A DNA stretch of 64,000 nt from Alphaproteobacteria bacterium (GCA_965603855.1 OZ272519.1:3154118-3218117); one strand, 5' to 3'; shown: positions 48,241 through 60,604, numbered from the stretch's first letter. Notes: a model not told the origin generated them from the sequence alone. A program made the numbers and translations.

Positions 48241-48415
48241 CGCTTTGCCTAGCACACCCGCGCCGCCACCGTGAGCCCCAAGCAGCCGTCTCCGGTCGCC
48301 GCAGGGCGCGCTTGCCGACGGCCCGGTTGCTTCCATAGGATGCGGATCATCGAGCCTCGGGGAGGCATGATTGGTCGATCCCCGCTGCTGTTGTTCGCAT
48401 CGCCCGGATCGATCC

Positions 48416-49102
48416 ATGACCGAAAGACAACTCCCCATCCCTGACAAGTTCGCTTCGTGCCCGAGCGACGGGAAGGTCCTCGATCATTACAGCGGACAGT
48501 TCGACAGCGTCTATGTCCTGTTGAGCCCGTTCTTCCGTCCGACATCGATCCCGATGGAACGGTTTTCGCCAGTGGAATGGCCGCCAAAACAGGAGCTGAT
48601 CGGCGGGGCGGAGCCGATCGCATGGAACACGGTTCTGGAGATGTCGGGCCTGAAGACACTGAGCGAAATCGATATTGCGCTGCGGACAAGCATCGGCGGC
48701 CTGACGAAGGATTCCGAAAAAGAGGCGCTGGCACAAACGCTCATCGAGGAAACCGAAAAGAACGGGGTCATTCACCCCACCGAAGGAGAGCTCTCGCCCT
48801 TCATCGAGAACGGGCTTTACGACAGCCTGCAGTCCATTGGTCAGCAGTGGCTCTGGGTCGGCGACGAACATTGTACCAAGAGGGAACTTCTCTGGATCGA
48901 CGATCTCAAGCAAGGGGACGAGATCCCCCCGCACGGGTGCGTCTTCACGCCGGACAAGACCATCCTCGTCACCACGCACTGGGACAGCCATTTCTCCTTC
49001 CTCTGCTCGTCCAGATCGACGATAGAGCGGATTCTCCAGCACCGGAGTTTCGAGGGTTTCTTCTGCACGCAGGAAACCGAAGTCTACTGGTCGGTATCCT
49101 GA
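48416..49102 (+). CDS. Hypothetical protein, lower GC (about 57%), adjacent to tRNA-Val
   Basis: 229 aa with no recognisable motifs. Its composition differs from the flanking genes. Confidence 0.4.
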   Translation: MTERQLPIPDKFASCPSDGKVLDHYSGQFDSVYVLLSPFFRPTSIPMERFSPVEWPPKQELIGGAEPIAWNTVLEMSGLKTLSEIDIALRTSIGGLTKDSEKEALAQTLIEETEKNGVIHPTEGELSPFIENGLYDSLQSIGQQWLWVGDEHCTKRELLWIDDLKQGDEIPPHGCVFTPDKTILVTTHWDSHFSFLCSSRSTIERILQHRSFEGFFCTQETEVYWSVS

Positions 49103-49193
49103 CGGTTCGATCCGAGAGATCGAGCCGGAACCACCGCCTCGCCGAAGCAACACCGCCCAGGCGAACCAACGCGCACATGTTCTGAAAAAGAGA

Positions 49194-49268
49194 TGGTGGG
49201 CGCGGCTGGGATTGAACCAGCGACCCCTACGATGTCAACGTAGTGCTCTCCCGCTGAGCTACGCGCCC
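49194..49268 (-). tRNA. tRNA-Val (anticodon GAC)
   Basis: The reverse complement GGGCGCGTAGCTCAGCGGGAGAGCACTACGTTGACATCGTAGGGGTCGCTGGTTCAATCCCAGCCGCGCCCACCA folds as a canonical cloverleaf. The anticodon loop is UUGACAU and the CCA end is encoded. Confidence 0.85.
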
Positions 49269-49410
49269 TGTTCGTGCCGCGGCGTTGCGCCGGCCCGAAA
49301 GCGGAGCGGAAGTAGCACCTCGCAGGCGCGATGGCAAGCCCCGCCCGCGGCCGGAATCACATGACAGCCCGCCCCCGCCTCCGCCACAATCGCGCACAGC
49401 GACAACCCGC

Positions 49411-49986
49411 ATGAAAAGGGCCCCGCCCGTGACGCCCAAGCCCCCCTCCTCCCAGGCGCTGCGCGCCGCCGTCCTGCGCCCGGCCGTCGCCGGCGACATC
49501 GCCGCGATCGCGGCGATCTATGCGCACCACGTGGAAACCGGCGTCGCGTCCTTCGAGGAACAGCCGCCCGACGAAGCGGAGATGCGGCGCCGGTTCGATG
49601 CCCTCAAGGCCGACGGCATGCCCTACCTGGTGGCCGAGGCGGGAACCCGGGTCGTCGCCTATGCCTATGCCGGCTATTACCGCACCCGGCCTGCCTATCG
49701 GAACACGGTCGAAGATTCGGTCTATGTGGACGCGGGCTCGACCGGCCACGGCCTCGGCAAGCGGCTGTTGGCGGCGCTGATCGAGGCGTGCACCGAACGC
49801 GGCTTCCGGCAGATGCTGGGGGTCATCAGCGACCTGGAAGGCCCGTCGATCGACCTGCACAAACGCTGCGGTTTCGTCGAGGCCGGGCGGCTCAAGGCGG
49901 TCGGGTTCAAGCACGGCCGCTGGGTCGACACCGTGATCATGCAGCGCCCCCTGGGCAGCGGCGACGACACCCTGCCCGAGACCTGA
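49411..49986 (+). CDS. GNAT family N-acetyltransferase (phosphinothricin-acetyltransferase-like)
   Basis: IAAIAAIYAHHVETGVASFEEQPP...VEDSVYVDAGSTGHGLGKRLL is typical of PAT-like GNATs. Confidence 0.7.
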   Translation: MKRAPPVTPKPPSSQALRAAVLRPAVAGDIAAIAAIYAHHVETGVASFEEQPPDEAEMRRRFDALKADGMPYLVAEAGTRVVAYAYAGYYRTRPAYRNTVEDSVYVDAGSTGHGLGKRLLAALIEACTERGFRQMLGVISDLEGPSIDLHKRCGFVEAGRLKAVGFKHGRWVDTVIMQRPLGSGDDTLPET

Positions 49987-49989
49987 ACC

Positions 49990-50086
49990 CCCTCACCCGG
50001 CCGGCGCTGGCGCGCCGCTCCTCACCAGGAAGGGAGAGGAACGCGGACCCTGTCCTGAGGAGCGCCCTTAAGGGCGCGTCTCGAAG
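49990..50086. repeat. Palindromic intergenic repeat element, copy 2
   Basis: GCCGCTCCTCACC...CCTGAGGAGCGCCCTTAAGGGCGCGTCTCGAAGGACG shares its arms with the copies at 42667 and 60463. Confidence 0.45.
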
Positions 50087-50117
50087 GACGGCACGCATCT
50101 TGCTTAACCATAGTCCC

Positions 50118-50741
50118 ATGAGAGACGGGAGACCGGGACCCTCGGGCACGCGCCGTGCCTTGTTGTCGCTGTTGTTTGCCGCCGGCATGATCGCCGGGGG
50201 CGGCGCCCGCGCGGCCTCCGGGGCCATGGATTTCCTGGGCGGTCCGGTGGGCGAGCACACCCTGTGCACGCGCTCGATCGCGGCGGCCGAGGCGGCCCGC
50301 CAGATCCCCCAATACCTGCTGCAGGCAATCGCCAGCGTGGAGTCCGGCCGCTGGTCCGCCGCCGAGAAGGTAAATCTTGCCTGGCCCTGGACCGTCTATG
50401 CCGAAGGCAGGGGCCGCTACCTGCCGTCGAAAGCCGCCGCCATCGCCGAGGTCGAGGCGCTGCTCCGGCGGGGCGTGCGCAACATCGACGTCGGCTGCAT
50501 GCAGGTCAACCTGCACTATCACGGCCGCGCCTTCTCCTCGCTGGAAGAGGCGTTCGACCCGGTCCACAACGTCGCCTACGCCACCAGCTTTCTGGTCGAT
50601 CTGCGCCGGACCACCCGGTCCTGGACCAACGCGGTAAAGAGTTACCATTCCCGCACCCGCAGCCTGCACGTTCCCTATCGCAAAAGGGTCTACCGGGCAT
50701 GGCGCGAGCTGCGCCAGCGGGCCCGGGCCGCATTGCGCTAA
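50118..50741 (+). CDS. Lytic transglycosylase (SLT) domain-containing protein
   Basis: A signal-like N-terminus, then LLQAIASVESGRW...NIDVGCMQVN...AYATSFL, the SLT catalytic Glu-Ser motif. Confidence 0.65.
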   Translation: MRDGRPGPSGTRRALLSLLFAAGMIAGGGARAASGAMDFLGGPVGEHTLCTRSIAAAEAARQIPQYLLQAIASVESGRWSAAEKVNLAWPWTVYAEGRGRYLPSKAAAIAEVEALLRRGVRNIDVGCMQVNLHYHGRAFSSLEEAFDPVHNVAYATSFLVDLRRTTRSWTNAVKSYHSRTRSLHVPYRKRVYRAWRELRQRARAALR

Positions 50742-50786
50742 GTCTCTGGTCAAGCTGTTGAATTCGGGCGGGCTTCGCTGCCTGCC

Positions 50787-53537
<2,751 letters not shown>

Positions 53538-53574
53538 AACCCCTGCACCGACCGTTGCAGGGGAGACCCCAAGC

Positions 53575-54756
53575 ATGGCCATCGACGTTCAGCGGGCGCG
53601 CGCGGATACGCCCGGCGCGGCCGACATCGTGCATTTCAACAACGCCGGCGCGGCGCTGCAGCCCGAGCCGGTGACCGCCGCCGTCGTCGCCCAGATCGAG
53701 GCCGAGGCCAGGATCGGCGGCTACGAGGCCGCCGACCGCGCGGCGGCGGCGCTGGACGGGTTCTACGACGCCGCCGCCCGTCTCGTCGGCGGCCACCGCG
53801 ACGAAATCGCCTGGGTCGAGAACGGCACCCGCGCCTGGGACATGGCCTTCTACGGCATCGACTGGCAGGCCGGCGACAAGGTCGTGACCAACCGGTCGGA
53901 ATACGGCTCCAACTTCGTCGCCTATCTTCACGCCGCGCGGCGGTGGGGGATCGAGATCGTCGTCGCGCCCGACGACCGGGACGGCGCGACCGACGCAGAG
54001 GCCTTGGATGCACTGATCGACGCGCGCGTCAGGCTGATCGCGATCAGCCACATTCCCACCAATGGCGGGCTGGTGAACCCGGCCGCGGCGATCGGAGCCG
54101 TTGCGCGCCGGCACGGGCTGCCGTTCCTGCTGGACGCCGTCCAGTCAGCGGGCCAGATGCCGCTGGACGTGGGTCAGATCGGCTGCACGATGCTGGCGGC
54201 GACCGGCCGGAAGTACCTGCGCGGTCCGCGCGGCACCGGTTTTTTGTGGGTCGCGCACGACTGGATCGAACGGCTCGATCCGCCGCTCTTGGATAACCAC
54301 GCGGCGCTGTGGACCGCACCGGACCGCTACGAGATCGCCGGCACGGCGCGGCGTTTCGAGAACTTTGAGATGTACATGGCGGGCCGCATCGGGCTTGCCC
54401 GCGCCATCGACTACGCGATGGACCTGGGCCTGGAGGCGATCCGGACGCGGGTGTTCGCGCTGGGCGCCACGCTGCGCGCCGCATTGGCCGCGGTGGCGGG
54501 CGTTACGGTGCGCGATCTCGGCCGCGAGAAGTGCGGCATCGTCACCTTCACGGCCGACGGACACGACCCGGAAGCCTTCAGCGCGCGCCTGCGCGCCGAG
54601 TTCGGGATCAACACCTCGGTGACCGAAAAGAGCTTCACGCGTCTCGACATGGAGGACCGTGGCCTGGAGGCGATGGTCCGCGCGTCCGTGCACTACTACA
54701 ACACCGAGGATGAAATAGACCGCTTCGTCGAGGCCGTGAAGACGATCGTGGGCTAG
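53575..54756 (+). CDS. Aminotransferase class V-fold PLP-dependent enzyme (cysteine desulfurase/isopenicillin-N-epimerase-like)
   Basis: 393 aa. ...ISHIPTNGGLVNP...FLLDAVQSAG...MLAATGRKYLRGPRGTGFLWV contains the PLP-lysine region. Confidence 0.7.
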   Translation: MAIDVQRARADTPGAADIVHFNNAGAALQPEPVTAAVVAQIEAEARIGGYEAADRAAAALDGFYDAAARLVGGHRDEIAWVENGTRAWDMAFYGIDWQAGDKVVTNRSEYGSNFVAYLHAARRWGIEIVVAPDDRDGATDAEALDALIDARVRLIAISHIPTNGGLVNPAAAIGAVARRHGLPFLLDAVQSAGQMPLDVGQIGCTMLAATGRKYLRGPRGTGFLWVAHDWIERLDPPLLDNHAALWTAPDRYEIAGTARRFENFEMYMAGRIGLARAIDYAMDLGLEAIRTRVFALGATLRAALAAVAGVTVRDLGREKCGIVTFTADGHDPEAFSARLRAEFGINTSVTEKSFTRLDMEDRGLEAMVRASVHYYNTEDEIDRFVEAVKTIVG

Positions 54757-55637
54757 TCAGGCCGCGCGGCCGGCGCTTCCCCTTCGCCGTGACCGAACCC
54801 CGTGAGCTGGCGGTAGAGCACCGACAAAAGCGCCACGAACAAGGCGGCGGTCAGGCCGTACAGCACCAGGCCCGAGATCAGCGACGGCAGCCTCAACCGC
54901 GCAAGCGTCGTGTAAAGCGCGGCCGGCGTCTCTTCCAGTGCCGCGAAGTTGCTGGGAACCAACGCCAGATAAAGCGCGATGTCGGCAAGCACGATGGGCA
55001 GGAAGACCAGCAGGAAGGCAAGGAAGATCCTGAACACCTTGGCCTTCGACCGGCGCAGGGTGTTGCGCAGGATGCCCTGTTCCACGACCGCCGCGGCGGG
55101 CAGGACAAGGCATGCCCGGCAGAAGAAATAGACGGAAACCGCGACCGTCAGCGCCAGCGTCACGACGACGAGCGGCAGGCTCTGGGCTGCGAAAAACAGG
55201 ATCTGCGTGACCGCGACCCCCAGCGCCATCAAGAGAAAGGACGCGACGTAGAGCGCCACGAGTGCGGCGAGATAGATCCACTCCGTCCTGTTCCATGAAA
55301 GACCAAGACCGGCGGGCAGGGCGCCGGGGCCGACCAGGATCCAGCGGTGCCAGGCGGTCGCAAACGCGGTGAAGACCAGGATCTGCACGACGATCGGCAC
55401 CAGTTGCGCCGGTTCGAAACCGGGCTGGACGCCGGTCTCGGCCATGCGCTGGATGCTGGCGAGCTGGCGTTCGTAGGCCCAATAGCTGCCGGCCGCCGCC
55501 ACGCCCAGCGGAACCAGCAGCAACCGGCCCAGCACGCCAAGGTTCCGGAACACCAGGCCGTAGGTTTCGGCGAAGGCCTCGACCGGCCGCACGCCCGCGC
55601 CGTGATGGATCGGCCGGTGAGGCGTCTGTTCGTTCAT
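54753..55637 (-). CDS. Hypothetical polytopic membrane protein (about 8 TM)
   Basis: The ORF was trimmed to MNEQTPHRP. Multiple hydrophobic helices and no motif. Confidence 0.4.
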   Translation of the reverse strand: MNEQTPHRPIHHGAGVRPVEAFAETYGLVFRNLGVLGRLLLVPLGVAAAGSYWAYERQLASIQRMAETGVQPGFEPAQLVPIVVQILVFTAFATAWHRWILVGPGALPAGLGLSWNRTEWIYLAALVALYVASFLLMALGVAVTQILFFAAQSLPLVVVTLALTVAVSVYFFCRACLVLPAAAVVEQGILRNTLRRSKAKVFRIFLAFLLVFLPIVLADIALYLALVPSNFAALEETPAALYTTLARLRLPSLISGLVLYGLTAALFVALLSVLYRQLTGFGHGEGEAPAARPD

Positions 55638-55662
55638 CGCATCCTCGTCTTGCGGTTCAAAC

Positions 55663-56646
55663 TCAGCCCCACAGCGCCGCATCCGGCGGCGCGGCGTCGG
55701 CACCGTCATACGCGAGGCCATGCGCCCGGTCGCGGGCCAGCCACAAAGGCGCATCCAGGTCGACGACCGCCGCACCCTGGGCGACCAGGTGTGCGGGCGC
55801 CATGGACAGGGACGAGCCGACCATGCAGCCGACCATGACGCCGAAGCCCGCCGCCGCCGCGGCGTCCTTCAACGCCAGCGCCTCGGTCAGCCCGCCGGTC
55901 TTGTCCAGCTTGATGTTGACCAGTTCGTAGCGCCCCGCAAGCGCCGGCAGTGACGACCGGTCGTGCGCCGATTCGTCGGCACACAGCGGCACCGGATGAT
56001 CCATCTCGGCCAGCACCGCATCGGCGTCGGCCGGCAGCGGCTGTTCGATCATCTCGACGCCCAGTTCCTTCAGCGATTCAGAGAACGGCGCCACCATCTC
56101 CGGCGCCCAGGCCTCGTTCGCGTCGACCACCAGGCGCGTATCGGGCGCGCTCGCCCGCACGGCGCGCACGCGCTCGAGATCGCCGTCACCGGTGAGCTTG
56201 AGCTTCAAAAGAGGCCGGCCCGCGGCAGCGGCCGCAGCGCCCATCTTCTCAGGGGTGTCCAGGCTCAGGGTATAGACCGTCTGAACCGGCTTCGGCGGCG
56301 GCAGGCCGGCCAGTTCCCATACGCGCCGCCCGGCCCGTTTCGCCTCCAGGTCCCAAAACGCACAGTCCAGCGCATTGCGCGCCGCGCCCGCCGGCATCGC
56401 CTGCTGCAGGCCGGCGCGGTCCAGGCCGTCCGCCAAGGCCGGGCCCATCGCCGCGACCGCGGCCTCGACGCCGTCTGCAGTCTCGCCATAACGCGCATAG
56501 GGCACGCATTCGCCCCTGCCCCGGTGCGTGCCGTCGTCAAGGGTCGCGACGACGACGACGGCCTCGGTCTTGGCCCCGCGCGAGATGGTGAAGGTGCCGG
56601 CGATCGGGAACCGTTCGACGGCGACGCCAAGCGACAGGGCGCCCAT
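55663..56646 (-). CDS. Enolase-superfamily dipeptide epimerase / N-acetyl-D-glutamate racemase-like (DgcA-like)
   Basis: 327 aa. MR/MLE-fold motifs (KLKL; VDANEAW; EQPL; the ADE triad-like metal ligands). It is 8 nt downstream of the DUF1611 gene. Confidence 0.6.
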   Translation of the reverse strand: MGALSLGVAVERFPIAGTFTISRGAKTEAVVVVATLDDGTHRGRGECVPYARYGETADGVEAAVAAMGPALADGLDRAGLQQAMPAGAARNALDCAFWDLEAKRAGRRVWELAGLPPPKPVQTVYTLSLDTPEKMGAAAAAAGRPLLKLKLTGDGDLERVRAVRASAPDTRLVVDANEAWAPEMVAPFSESLKELGVEMIEQPLPADADAVLAEMDHPVPLCADESAHDRSSLPALAGRYELVNIKLDKTGGLTEALALKDAAAAAGFGVMVGCMVGSSLSMAPAHLVAQGAAVVDLDAPLWLARDRAHGLAYDGADAAPPDAALWG

Positions 56647-56654
56647 CGGTCCGC

Positions 56655-57656
56655 CTAGCCGGGCAATGCGTCGACCAGCCGGCCGGCGCCCTGCCGGAAG
56701 GCGTCGACGGTGGGCAGGCCGGTCTCGGCTTCGATCTCCGAAAGCGCCGCCTCGGCCGCCCGATCGTCCAGGCCGGAGGTGTTGACCGAGACTCCGACGA
56801 CCCGCGCCGCCGGGTTGGTCAGCCTTGCCGTCTCCTCGTTGAGCGCGATGCACGCGCGCAAGTCGGGCAATGGCACGCCCGGCAAGCCGCGCATGTGGGT
56901 CCGGTCCAGCGCGTGGCACAGCACCATGGCGTCGGGCTGCGACCCGTGCGTGAGGCCCAGGCTGACGCCGGCAAAGGACGCGTGGAACAACGAGCCTTGC
57001 CCCTCGATCAGGTCCCAATGGTCGGGATCGTTGTCCGGGCTCAAGGTTTCCGTCGCACCGGAGATGAAATCGGCGACGACGGCGTCGACCGACACGCCCG
57101 ACCCGGCGATGAAGATCCCCGTCTGGCCGGTGGCGCGGAAATCGGCCTTCATGCCGCGCGCCTTCATCTCCCGTTCCATCGCCAACGAGGTGAACATCTT
57201 GCCCACGGAACAATCCGTGCCGACGGTCAAAAGGCGTTTGCCCGTGCGCCGGCGCCCGGTGCCCACCTCGTACGCCTCGTCGGGATGACGCACGTCGAAC
57301 AGTTTCAGTCCGGCATCGTCTGCGCGCGTGCGCAGCGCGGCGATGTCGTTCAACCGCACGTGCAGCCCGCTGGCGATATCGAATCCAAGATCCAGCGCGT
57401 TCTCCAGAGGCGCGATCCAGTCGTCGCTGAGAAAGCCGCCGCGGTTCGCAACGCCGACGATCACCGTTTCGGCGCCCGCTGCACGCGCCTGTTCCAGCGT
57501 CATGTCGGCAAGGCCGAGGTCGGCCTTGCAGCCCGGCAGCCTGAACTGGCCGATGCACCAGTCCGGGCGCCATTTCGCAACCCCGTCCGCCACTTTTGCC
57601 GCCAGGTGATCCGGCGCGTCGCCCAGGAACATCAGATAGGGATGCCGGATGTTCAT
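56655..57656 (-). CDS. DUF1611 domain protein (DgcN-like N-acetyltransferase)
   Basis: Begins MNIRHPYLMFLGDAPD, and ...TVGTDCSVGKMFTSLAMEREMKARG is typical of DUF1611. It is paired with the enolase-superfamily gene, as in the described D-glutamate utilisation dgcN/dgcA module. Confidence 0.55.
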   Translation of the reverse strand: MNIRHPYLMFLGDAPDHLAAKVADGVAKWRPDWCIGQFRLPGCKADLGLADMTLEQARAAGAETVIVGVANRGGFLSDDWIAPLENALDLGFDIASGLHVRLNDIAALRTRADDAGLKLFDVRHPDEAYEVGTGRRRTGKRLLTVGTDCSVGKMFTSLAMEREMKARGMKADFRATGQTGIFIAGSGVSVDAVVADFISGATETLSPDNDPDHWDLIEGQGSLFHASFAGVSLGLTHGSQPDAMVLCHALDRTHMRGLPGVPLPDLRACIALNEETARLTNPAARVVGVSVNTSGLDDRAAEAALSEIEAETGLPTVDAFRQGAGRLVDALPG

Positions 57657-57798
57657 CAACTGTCCCCCTGCTCGGCATCCCGAGTCGCACGTTTTTGTCG
57701 GAAAAACCCTGTCGCCTCGCCGGAATCTATCTGAAAGAACAAAGCTGCTCCAATGCAGAATCCGCCATGCCAACGTCGAATTGCCCTTGCATGCACGC

Positions 57799-59184
57799 AT
57801 GGGTATTTTCCGGGCGATGGCCGACGTCGACATCACGTCACAAGTTGAACCGGATCCAGAAGCGGACGCGCGCCCCGCGCTCGCGGCGAATCGTTTCGGA
57901 CTGGGCGCGCGGCCCGGCGACCTGGCCGCGATGGGCGACGGCGTCGGCGGCTGGCTGACGGCGCAGCTCGTACCGGCCCCCGTGCCCGACACGATCGCCG
58001 CGCTGCCGTCGGGCGACGTGCAATACGTCGCCCTGATGAAGGCGCGTGCGTCGGAACCGGCGCGCCGCGCCTACGCCTTTCGCACCCTGCGCCAGGAGTT
58101 CCACCGCCAGGCCGCAATACACGCGGTCGCCGCGACGGTATCGGAACGGCCGTTCCGCGAACGCCTCGTGCGGTTCTGGTGCAACCATTTTTCGGTGTCG
58201 GTTCGCAACCCCGACCTCTACGCGCTGGCTCCCGCCTTCGAACGCGACGTGGTGCGCGCGAACCTGGACCGCAGCTTCATCGACATGCTGCAGGCGGCGG
58301 TGCGGCATCCGGCGATGCAGGTCGCGGTCGGACAGGCGCGCGCGGTGGGTCCCAACTCGCGGGTCGGGTTGAAGACGCGCGAGCCGCTTCAGACCACGCT
58401 TGCGCGCGCCATCCTGCGGCACCACACGCTTGGCCCGAAAGGCACCTATGAGGACGGCGACGTCCAGAACCTGGCGCGGCTGTTGACCGGATGGTCCCTG
58501 GCGGGAACGAACGAGCCCCGGCCCGGCAGCTTCGTCTACCGGGCAGACTGGCACGAACCCGGCAACAAGCCGTTCCTTGGGCGGAACTTCCCGGAATCGG
58601 GCATTCTGGAGGGCGAGGCGGCGCTGGACATGCTGGCGCGCCACCCGGAGACCATGCGAAGGCTGGCCGGCAGGATGGCCAGCCATTTTGTCGCCGACAA
58701 TCCGGCGCCCGTGCTGGTCCGACAGATTGCGCGCGCCTATGCCAGGACCGACGGCCAACTGCCCGCCATGGCCCAGGCCATGATCGCCGCGCCCGAAAGC
58801 TGGGAGCCCGAGCCCGCGAAGGTCAAGCGCCCGGACGAGCTGGTGATCTCGGTCTTGCGCGCGCTGGGCGTCAGACCGGAAGACGGCCGCCTCCTGGTGC
58901 GCTGGATGCGGGCGCTGGGCCAGCCCCCCTATGCCGCGCCCAACGCGGACGGCTGGTCGGATCAGGCCGGCGCATGGACCGACCCCGAACGCCTGCTGGA
59001 GCGGCTGGAATGGTGCGCCGGTCTTGCCGGGCTCGGCAAACCGACCATGTCGCCGATCGAACATGCGATCGACGTCATGGGGCCGACCGTCCGTCCGGCA
59101 ACGCTGCGGCGCATGGCCGTCGCCGTCGACGACATCGAGGCGCTGGCGATCCTTTTCGCCAGCCCCGAGTTTCAACAGCGGTGA
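57799..59184 (+). CDS. DUF1800 domain-containing protein; start uncertain (57799 or 57817)
   Basis: ...RFWCNHFSVS...LTGWS... is conserved DUF1800 sequence. It is followed by DUF1501 with 5-nt spacing. Confidence 0.6.
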   Translation: MGIFRAMADVDITSQVEPDPEADARPALAANRFGLGARPGDLAAMGDGVGGWLTAQLVPAPVPDTIAALPSGDVQYVALMKARASEPARRAYAFRTLRQEFHRQAAIHAVAATVSERPFRERLVRFWCNHFSVSVRNPDLYALAPAFERDVVRANLDRSFIDMLQAAVRHPAMQVAVGQARAVGPNSRVGLKTREPLQTTLARAILRHHTLGPKGTYEDGDVQNLARLLTGWSLAGTNEPRPGSFVYRADWHEPGNKPFLGRNFPESGILEGEAALDMLARHPETMRRLAGRMASHFVADNPAPVLVRQIARAYARTDGQLPAMAQAMIAAPESWEPEPAKVKRPDELVISVLRALGVRPEDGRLLVRWMRALGQPPYAAPNADGWSDQAGAWTDPERLLERLEWCAGLAGLGKPTMSPIEHAIDVMGPTVRPATLRRMAVAVDDIEALAILFASPEFQQR

Positions 59185-59189
59185 CCGAA

Positions 59190-60392
59190 ATGCGCACGCG
59201 CCGACGCTTTCTGGGCGAAGTCGCCGGGTCCGCAGCGGCCCTGGCGCTGCCGCCGGTCGCCGTGGCCGCCGCGCCGACCGACCGCCGGCTGGTGGTCGTG
59301 CTGCTGCGCGGCGGACTGGACGGTCTGGCGTTGGTTGCGCCCTACGGCGACGATGCCTATGCCGATACCCGCGGCCGGCTGGCGCTGCCCGCGCCCGGCG
59401 GCGAAGGGCCGGGTCTGCTGGATTTGGACGGGTTCTACGGACTGCATCCGGCGGCGCAGGAAATGCACGACATCTGGCAGAACGGCCAGCTCGCCTTCGT
59501 GCATGCCACGGCAACGCCCTATCGCAAGCGCCGCCATTCCGACGCCCAGGCCGTCCTGGAGAACGGCGCCGACGCGCCCGGCACGGTCAAGGACGGCTGG
59601 TTGAACCGGACGCTGGCGGCGCTGGGCGCGGACCCTCAGGCCGCCCGCGCGCTGGGCCGCGACCTGCCGCCGATCCTGCGCGGCTCCGCACCGGCCAAGG
59701 CATGGGCGCCGGCCGAACTGCCCCGGCCGGTGGCCGGGTTCTTCGTCAAGCTTTCGCTGCTTTACGGCGACGATCCCCTGCTGGGACCCGCCGTCCAGCG
59801 CGGGCTGGAAAGCCGCCGGCTTGCGGAACGGCTGCTGGAGGAGGACGACCTCGAAGCGGGCCGCGGCGCGGCGATGCCCGAAGCGGCGACCGCCGCAGCC
59901 GCCACCACGGCCGAGATGCTGGCGCGCCCGGACGGACCGCGCGTCGCGGTGATCGAACTGGCCGGTTGGGACACCCATGCGAACCAGGGCACCCTGGAGG
60001 GGCCGCTGGCGCGCCGGCTGACCGGCCTCAACGATACCTTCGAGGCGCTGGCCGCCGGACTGGCGCCGGTTTGGGATCAGTCCCTCGTTGTTGCGGTTTC
60101 GGAGTTCGGCCGCACCGCCATCCCGAACGGGACCGGCGGCACCGACCACGGCACCGGCGGCCTCGCGATCCTGGCGGGCGGTTCGGTCCTCGGCGGCAAG
60201 GTGCACGGCGCATGGCCGGGACTGGCGGTGGACGCCTTGCGCGGCGGACGCGACCTAGCGGCGACAACCGACTTGCGCTCTGTCCTGAAAGGCGCGCTTG
60301 CAACGCACATGCGCATCGACCGGCAGACGCTGGACAAGTCTGTCTTTCCGAACAGCGCAAGCGTCGCGCCGATGGGCGGGGTACTGCTCTAG
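59190..60392 (+). CDS. DUF1501 domain-containing protein (TAT signal)
   Basis: RRRFLGEVAGSAAALA twin-arginine signal. ...ELAGWDTHANQ...TDHGTGG is the DUF1501, sulfatase-like fold signature. Confidence 0.65.
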   Translation: MRTRRRFLGEVAGSAAALALPPVAVAAAPTDRRLVVVLLRGGLDGLALVAPYGDDAYADTRGRLALPAPGGEGPGLLDLDGFYGLHPAAQEMHDIWQNGQLAFVHATATPYRKRRHSDAQAVLENGADAPGTVKDGWLNRTLAALGADPQAARALGRDLPPILRGSAPAKAWAPAELPRPVAGFFVKLSLLYGDDPLLGPAVQRGLESRRLAERLLEEDDLEAGRGAAMPEAATAAAATTAEMLARPDGPRVAVIELAGWDTHANQGTLEGPLARRLTGLNDTFEALAAGLAPVWDQSLVVAVSEFGRTAIPNGTGGTDHGTGGLAILAGGSVLGGKVHGAWPGLAVDALRGGRDLAATTDLRSVLKGALATHMRIDRQTLDKSVFPNSASVAPMGGVLL

Positions 60393-60416
60393 AGCGCGAT
60401 CACCTGTGTTCGAGTC

Positions 60417-60443
60417 GTTTGACGGCGTTTGACACCGTTTGAA
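60417..60443. other. Three direct CGTT(T)GA repeats spaced about 10 bp (one helical turn)
   Basis: GTCGTTGACGG-CGTTTGACAC-CGTTTGAAGACGG, seen directly. It lies in the convergent intergenic region next to repeat copy 3. Confidence 0.3.
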
Positions 60444-60462
60444 GACGGATAACAGCGCGTCA

Positions 60463-60604
60463 CTCGCAGCCAAGCCCTTCGAGACGGCCGCGTTCCGCAG
60501 CCTCCTCAGGGTGAGGAAATAGTTTAGGGTTTTCGATACCGAAAACCCTCATGGTGAGGAGGCGCGCGCCAGCGCGCCGTCTCGAACCACTTGGCTGCAA
60601 GCGC
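60463..60604. repeat. Palindromic intergenic repeat element, copy 3 (longest; nested hairpins)
   Basis: CGCAGCCAAGCCCTTCGAGACGGCCGCG..GCCTCCTCAGGGTGAGG-[AAATAGTTTAGGGTTTTCGATACCGAAAACCCTC]-ATGGTGAGGAGGCGCGCGCC..GCGCCGTCTCGAACCACTTGGCTGCAAGCG. The long imperfect inverted repeat has an inner hairpin GGGTTTTCG..CGAAAACCC. Confidence 0.55.

Noticed and set aside
49102-49194. A search for an integrase or att-site duplicate next to tRNA-Val
   Set aside because: No tyrosine-recombinase-like ORF and no visible repeat of the tRNA 3' end were seen within 4 kb. The island hypothesis is kept only as a low-GC observation.
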